Position numbers and translations under genes: made by a program. Below are positions 59,801 through 64,000 of a stretch of DNA of 64,000 nt, in pieces. The notes under the pieces were generated by a model that worked only from the letters and a program-made list of their open reading frames with translations, had not been told where the DNA came from and did not search any database. This DNA is from Haliotis rubra (Eukaryota), in NCBI RefSeq assembly GCF_003918875.1, contig NW_025765103.1, forward strand, positions 1,302,001 through 1,366,000, written 5' to 3'. Every line of letters starts with the position of its first letter. Within the stretch, counting starts at the first letter, position 1.

Positions 59801-60199
59801 GGGTGGTGGGGTAGCCTAGTGGTTAAGGCATTTGCTCATCACACCAAAGACCCGGGTTCAATTCCTTACATGGGTACAATGTGTGAAGCCCAATTCTGGA
59901 GTCCCCCCACCGTGATATTGCTGGAATATTGCTAAAAGAGGCGTAAAACCATATTCATTCACTCACTCACTCTGATTTATGTGTGTGTCTGTACAGATGT
60001 TAAACCTTAGTTCCCCAATCACTGACTAATGAATTAACTGTTGCAACCCTTATTTGTAACATTGCAGTCACAGCCTGGGTCGACCAAAGAAGCAACTACA
60101 GCAGCATCAGCAACGGCAGCACCTGCAGCAACAGCAGCACCAACAGCAGCACCACCAAACCCAGCAACAAGACGGCGTCGAGCTGCTGTCACAGACACG
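44808..60199 (+). CDS. TMEM87A: TMEM87-family (GOST) protein, N-terminal luminal part; gene continues beyond the window
   Basis: Exons 44808-44903, 52887-52947, 53289-53380, 57329-57454, 59349-59393, 60068-60199, GT-AG and phase-consistent. Signal peptide then LPELGVW, FTKSAFTKTKISL, C..V.W.IRYSPCAQEY, matching the TMEM87 N-terminal pattern; TM region not in window. Confidence 0.72.
47004..48468. mobile_element. Non-autonomous hairpin-ended DNA element (Crypton- or Helentron-like) inserted in a SINE tail
   Basis: About 145-bp imperfect hairpin 47006-47149; tttattacccata (47151) is inverted at 48455; flanks rejoin as SINE tail gatgtgacgctta|aatgttaactcactc. Confidence 0.55.
50269..50432 (+). 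mobile_element. tRNA-derived SINE
   Basis: A/B boxes, (actc)n tail, 11-bp TSD atgtgttcacc. Confidence 0.9.
53571..54857 (+). mobile_element. Tc1 (DD34E) transposon, complete ends, disrupted transposase
   Basis: TA-flanked TIRs (..accagaaattattgaga); FSDES, DNDPKH, SPDLNPIEN with 34 residues between D and E after frame correction; stops and frameshifts. Confidence 0.9.
55275..55735. repeat. 47-bp minisatellite, about 10 copies
   Basis: Unit aacaataccaactcacctgttgatgtattcatcttcatattcagtaa. Confidence 0.92.
55945..57031. mobile_element. Non-autonomous Kolobok-like element
   Basis: TIR aggtcacatgcaac / gttgcatgtgactt flanked by ttga and ttaa; CpG-rich interior. Confidence 0.65.
57642..59127. 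repeat. 57-bp minisatellite, about 26 copies
   Basis: Unit gtggtctgtaggcttgagatgtgtactgtgggattaaccatcatgcaggagggtacc. Confidence 0.95.
59799..59969 (+). mobile_element. tRNA-derived SINE
   Basis: Same family; 11-bp TSD ctctgatttat. Confidence 0.88.
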
Positions 60200-60319
60200 G
60201 TAAACTCTTGAATGTGCTGTACTTTTCTACTCAAACATCCAAAACTGGTTCAGTTTGCCTGATTTGGCCCTCCTACTACATACATTGTACACTGTAAGCA
60301 ATCCAAATATAACTCGTAC

Positions 60320-62019
60320 ATTACCTTGATGGCCATTCTGATATTACTCTGACATTACACTGTTGGCCATTCAGATATAACTGTCATATTGCACTGTTGG
60401 CTGCTCTGACATTACTGTCATATTACGCTGTTGGCCAATATGATATAACTGTCACATTGCACTGTTTACCATTCTGATATAACTGTCATATTTCCTTGTT
60501 GGCCACCCTGATATAACTGTCATATTGCACTGTTGGCCATTCAGATATAACTGTCATATTGCACTGTTGGCTGCTCTGACATTACTGTCATATTTCACTG
60601 TTGGCGAATCTGATATAACTGTCACATTGCACTGTTTACCATTCTGATATAACTGTCATGTTACACTGTTGTCCAATCTGATATAACTCATATTTGCACT
60701 GTTGGCCAATCTGATATAACAGTCACATTGCACTGTTTACCATTCTGATATAACTGTCATATTACATTGTTGGCGAATCTGATATAACTGTCATATTACA
60801 CTGTTGGCGAATCTGATATAACTGTCATATTACACTGTTGGCGAATCTGATATAACTGTCATATTGCACTGTTGGCCAATCTGATATAACTGTCATATTG
60901 CACTGTTGGCCAATCTGATATAACTGTCACATTGCACTGTTTACCATTCTGATATAACTGTCATATTTCACTGTTGGCCATTCTGATACAACTGTCATAT
61001 TGCACTGTTGGCCATTCTCATATAACTGTCATATTACACTGTTGGCCATTCTGATATAACTGTCATGTTGCACTGTTGGCCATTCTGATGTAACCGTCAT
61101 ATTGCACTGTTGGCCATTCTGATATAACTGTCATATTGCACTGTTGGCCATTCTGATATAACTGTCATATTGCACTGTTGGCCATTCTCATATAACTGTC
61201 ATATTACACTGTTTACCATTCTCATATAACTGTCATATTTCACTGTTGACCACCCTGTTGTAACTGTCATACTGCACTGTTGGCCATACTCATATAACTG
61301 TCATATTACACTGTTTACCATTCTGATATAACTGTCATATTTCACTGTTGGCCACCCTGTTGTAACTGTCGTATTGCACTGTTGGCCATTCTCATATAAC
61401 TGTCATATTACACTGTTTACCATTCTGATATAACTGTCATATTACACTGTTTACCATTCTGATATAACTGTCATATTACACTGTTTACCATTCTGATATA
61501 ACTGTCATATTGCACTGTTGGCCATTCTGTTGTAACTGTCATATTTCACTGTTGACCACCCTGTTGTAACTGTCATATTGCACTGTTGGCCATTCTCATA
61601 TAACTGTCATATTACACTGTTTACCATTCTGATATAACTTTCATATTGCACTGTTTACCATTCTGATATAACTGTCATATTGCACTGTTTACCATTCTGA
61701 TATAACTGTCATATTACACTGTTTACCATTCTGATATAACTGTCATATTGCACTGTTGGCCATTCTCATATAACTGTCATATTGCACTGTTGGCCATTCT
61801 CATATAACTGTCATATTGCACTGTTGGCCATTCTGTTGTAACTGTCATATTGCACTGTTGGCCATTCCGATATAACTGTCATATTACACTGTTGGCCATT
61901 CACATATAACTGTCATATTGTACTGTTGGCCATTCTCATATAACTGTCATATTGCACTGTTGGCCATTCTGATATAACTGTCATATTGCACTGTTGGCCA
62001 TTCTCTTGTAACTGTCATA
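60320..62019. repeat. 34-bp minisatellite, about 50 copies; a variant resumes after 63902
   Basis: Unit cactgttggccattctgatataactgtcatattg. Confidence 0.95.
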
Positions 62020-63902
62020 TACTCAAAGCCATTAGAAACACATCACCCATTCTAATGATATAAGTTTTTCTGACGTGAAGTGTTCGAACCCAAACTGTTG
62101 TGTGAATCAACTAACCATGTCACCTGAAAAGCATGCAAAGTGAGAGCAGCACGCATGCAGGTGCAGTCACGTGACACATGATGATCACATAACCTTGATT
62201 ATTGGCTGTTGATAGAGAGCGAGCAGTGGGTTTCCTTAATGCTTGATTATCCACAGTGGCAGTGGCCGGACAGTTCAACTGTCACGTCGACAATTGTTAA
62301 GACTCTTCCAGCGTCTTCAACAAATAGGCAGCACACGTGACCATCAATGTCCAGGACAACCACGCGTCACAACCCTATATCAAGACCACTACATTCAGGT
62401 CACCCATTTGAGGAACCGGTTCCAGCCAGCATCAAGGACAGCTTCAGCAATCCGTGGGAGAAGGGGGCGAATCAGTCCTCAAACTGTGAGATGTTGTTTA
62501 CGTGAGAGAGGGCTTTGTGCACGTCGACCTCATGTTGGTCTAATTCTGACATGTAGACATCGTCAGGCACGTCTCACTAGGTGTAGACATCATCGCAGTT
62601 GGACACACAGAGAGTGGGCATGAGTCCTGTTTACCGACGAATCCAGATTCCACCTCAGTCACGCTGTTGGACGTTTGCGTGTGTGGCATAGACGCGGTGA
62701 GCATTACGTCAATTGCTGTGTTTTGGAGGCTAATCGTTGAGGTGGAGGAAGTTTGATGATTTGGGGCGGGATCAGTGTGTTTGACAGGACCCCCTTGCAT
62801 GTCTTTCGAGGCCGTGTTACCGCTCTAACGTACACACAGGACGTTTTAAGGCCTATCGTTGTCCCTCACATGATGACCCATCAATGTCTGCACACTCTGC
62901 AACAAGATAACGCCAGACCCCATAGCGCAAGGCATACCATGGACTTCCTGCGACAGAACAACATCAATGTCTGCACACTCTGCAACAAGATAACGTCAGA
63001 CCCCATATCGCAAGGCATACCATGGACTTCCTGCGACAGAACAACATCAATGTCTGCACACTCTGCAACAAGATAACGTCAGACCCCATAGCGCAAGGCA
63101 CACCATGGACTTCCTTCGACAGAACAACGTCAATGTCTGCACACTCTGCAACAAGATAACGCCAGACCCCATATCGCAAGGCATACCATGGACTTCCTGC
63201 GACAGAACAACATCAATGTCTGCACACTCTGCAACAAGATAACGCCAGACCCCATATCGCAAGGCATACCATGGACTTCCTGCGACAGGACAACATCAAT
63301 GTCTGCACACTCTGCAACAAGATAACGTCAGACCCCATATCGCAAGGCATATCATGGACTTCCTGCGACAGAACAACATCAATGTCTGCACACTCTGCAA
63401 CAAGATAACGCCAGACCCCATATCGCAAGGCATACCATGGACTTCCTGCGACAGAACAACATCAATGTCATGCAATGGCCATCGCTGTCCCCTGATCATG
63501 TCTGGGATGAGATGGGGAGGAGAATTGCCAATATGGCGCTGCCTCTCAACTTGCAGCAGCTGGAAGCGTCTCTCTGCAGGATAAAGCAACAGATCCCTCA
63601 GGATTTCTTCAGGAGGGTCATCTTTTCTCTCAGGAGGAGTTTTGTGGCTGTTATTGATGCTGATGGTAGACACACGTGATACTGACGTTGTCTTCTTTCT
63701 TGTTTACCAGTGTGAACTTCAACCCCGTCTCTGTTTAACCCACGTTGCCTTGGTCAATAAATGCAGTGCAACTGCATAACACATTTCATTCTCTTCTTAA
63801 ATGGTTACTTATCACATCGTTCTCTAAAAAATTATTGGATGCCAAAACGCACCTAAGAAATATGCTAATCTATCAGCGATGTGTTTCTAGTGGCTTTCAG
63901 TT
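62020..63902 (+). mobile_element. Tc1 transposon, defective, inserted in a minisatellite
   Basis: TIR aaagccattagaaacacatc / gatgtgtttctagtggcttt; GQPRVTT, FTDESRF, MIWGGIS, QDNARPH, WPSLSPD (LNPIE deleted). Confidence 0.9.
62881..63461. repeat. 83-bp x7 tandem array made from Tc1 transposase coding sequence
   Basis: Copies start every 83 nt from 62881 to 63379; catcaatgtc microhomology at both ends of the unit. Confidence 0.93.
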
Positions 63903-64000
63903 CACTGTTGGCCATTCTTCTATATCTTTCACTTTACACTGTTGGCCATTCTTCTATATCTTTCACTTTACACTGTTGGCCATTTTTCTATATCTTAAAC

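Overview
Eukaryotic, intron-rich animal DNA. The SINE family with (ACTC/AGTC)n tails suggests a gastropod mollusc such as abalone (inference). Four conserved genes were reconstructed by hand from GT-AG junctions and reading frame: CENPK (-, single coding exon), PTGR2 (+, 8 exons, 350 aa), ERLEC1 (-, 14 exons, 448 aa, including an obligatory 11-nt microexon) and the 5' part of a TMEM87-family gene (+, 6 exons seen). They form two head-to-head pairs. There is also an unrecognised 351-aa single-exon ORF. A full-length but decayed DIRS1 tyrosine-recombinase retrotransposon (ITRs, ICR, gag, RT/RNase H/MT, YR) sits in ERLEC1 intron 4, 17 nt upstream of exon 5. The window also holds three Tc1 relics, many non-autonomous DNA transposons with different TSD lengths, tRNA-derived SINEs and about ten minisatellites. 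Top leads: (1) a 244-nt GT..AG segment in the DIRS element whose removal joins the recombinase frame, i.e. a candidate spliceosomal intron in a retrotransposon; (2) tandem repeats seeded at exon boundaries, one giving about 15 extra copies of an ERLEC1 splice donor; (3) a palindromic, recombinase-site-like DIRS junction; (4) the orphan ORF. No database search was possible; family calls rest on recalled motifs.
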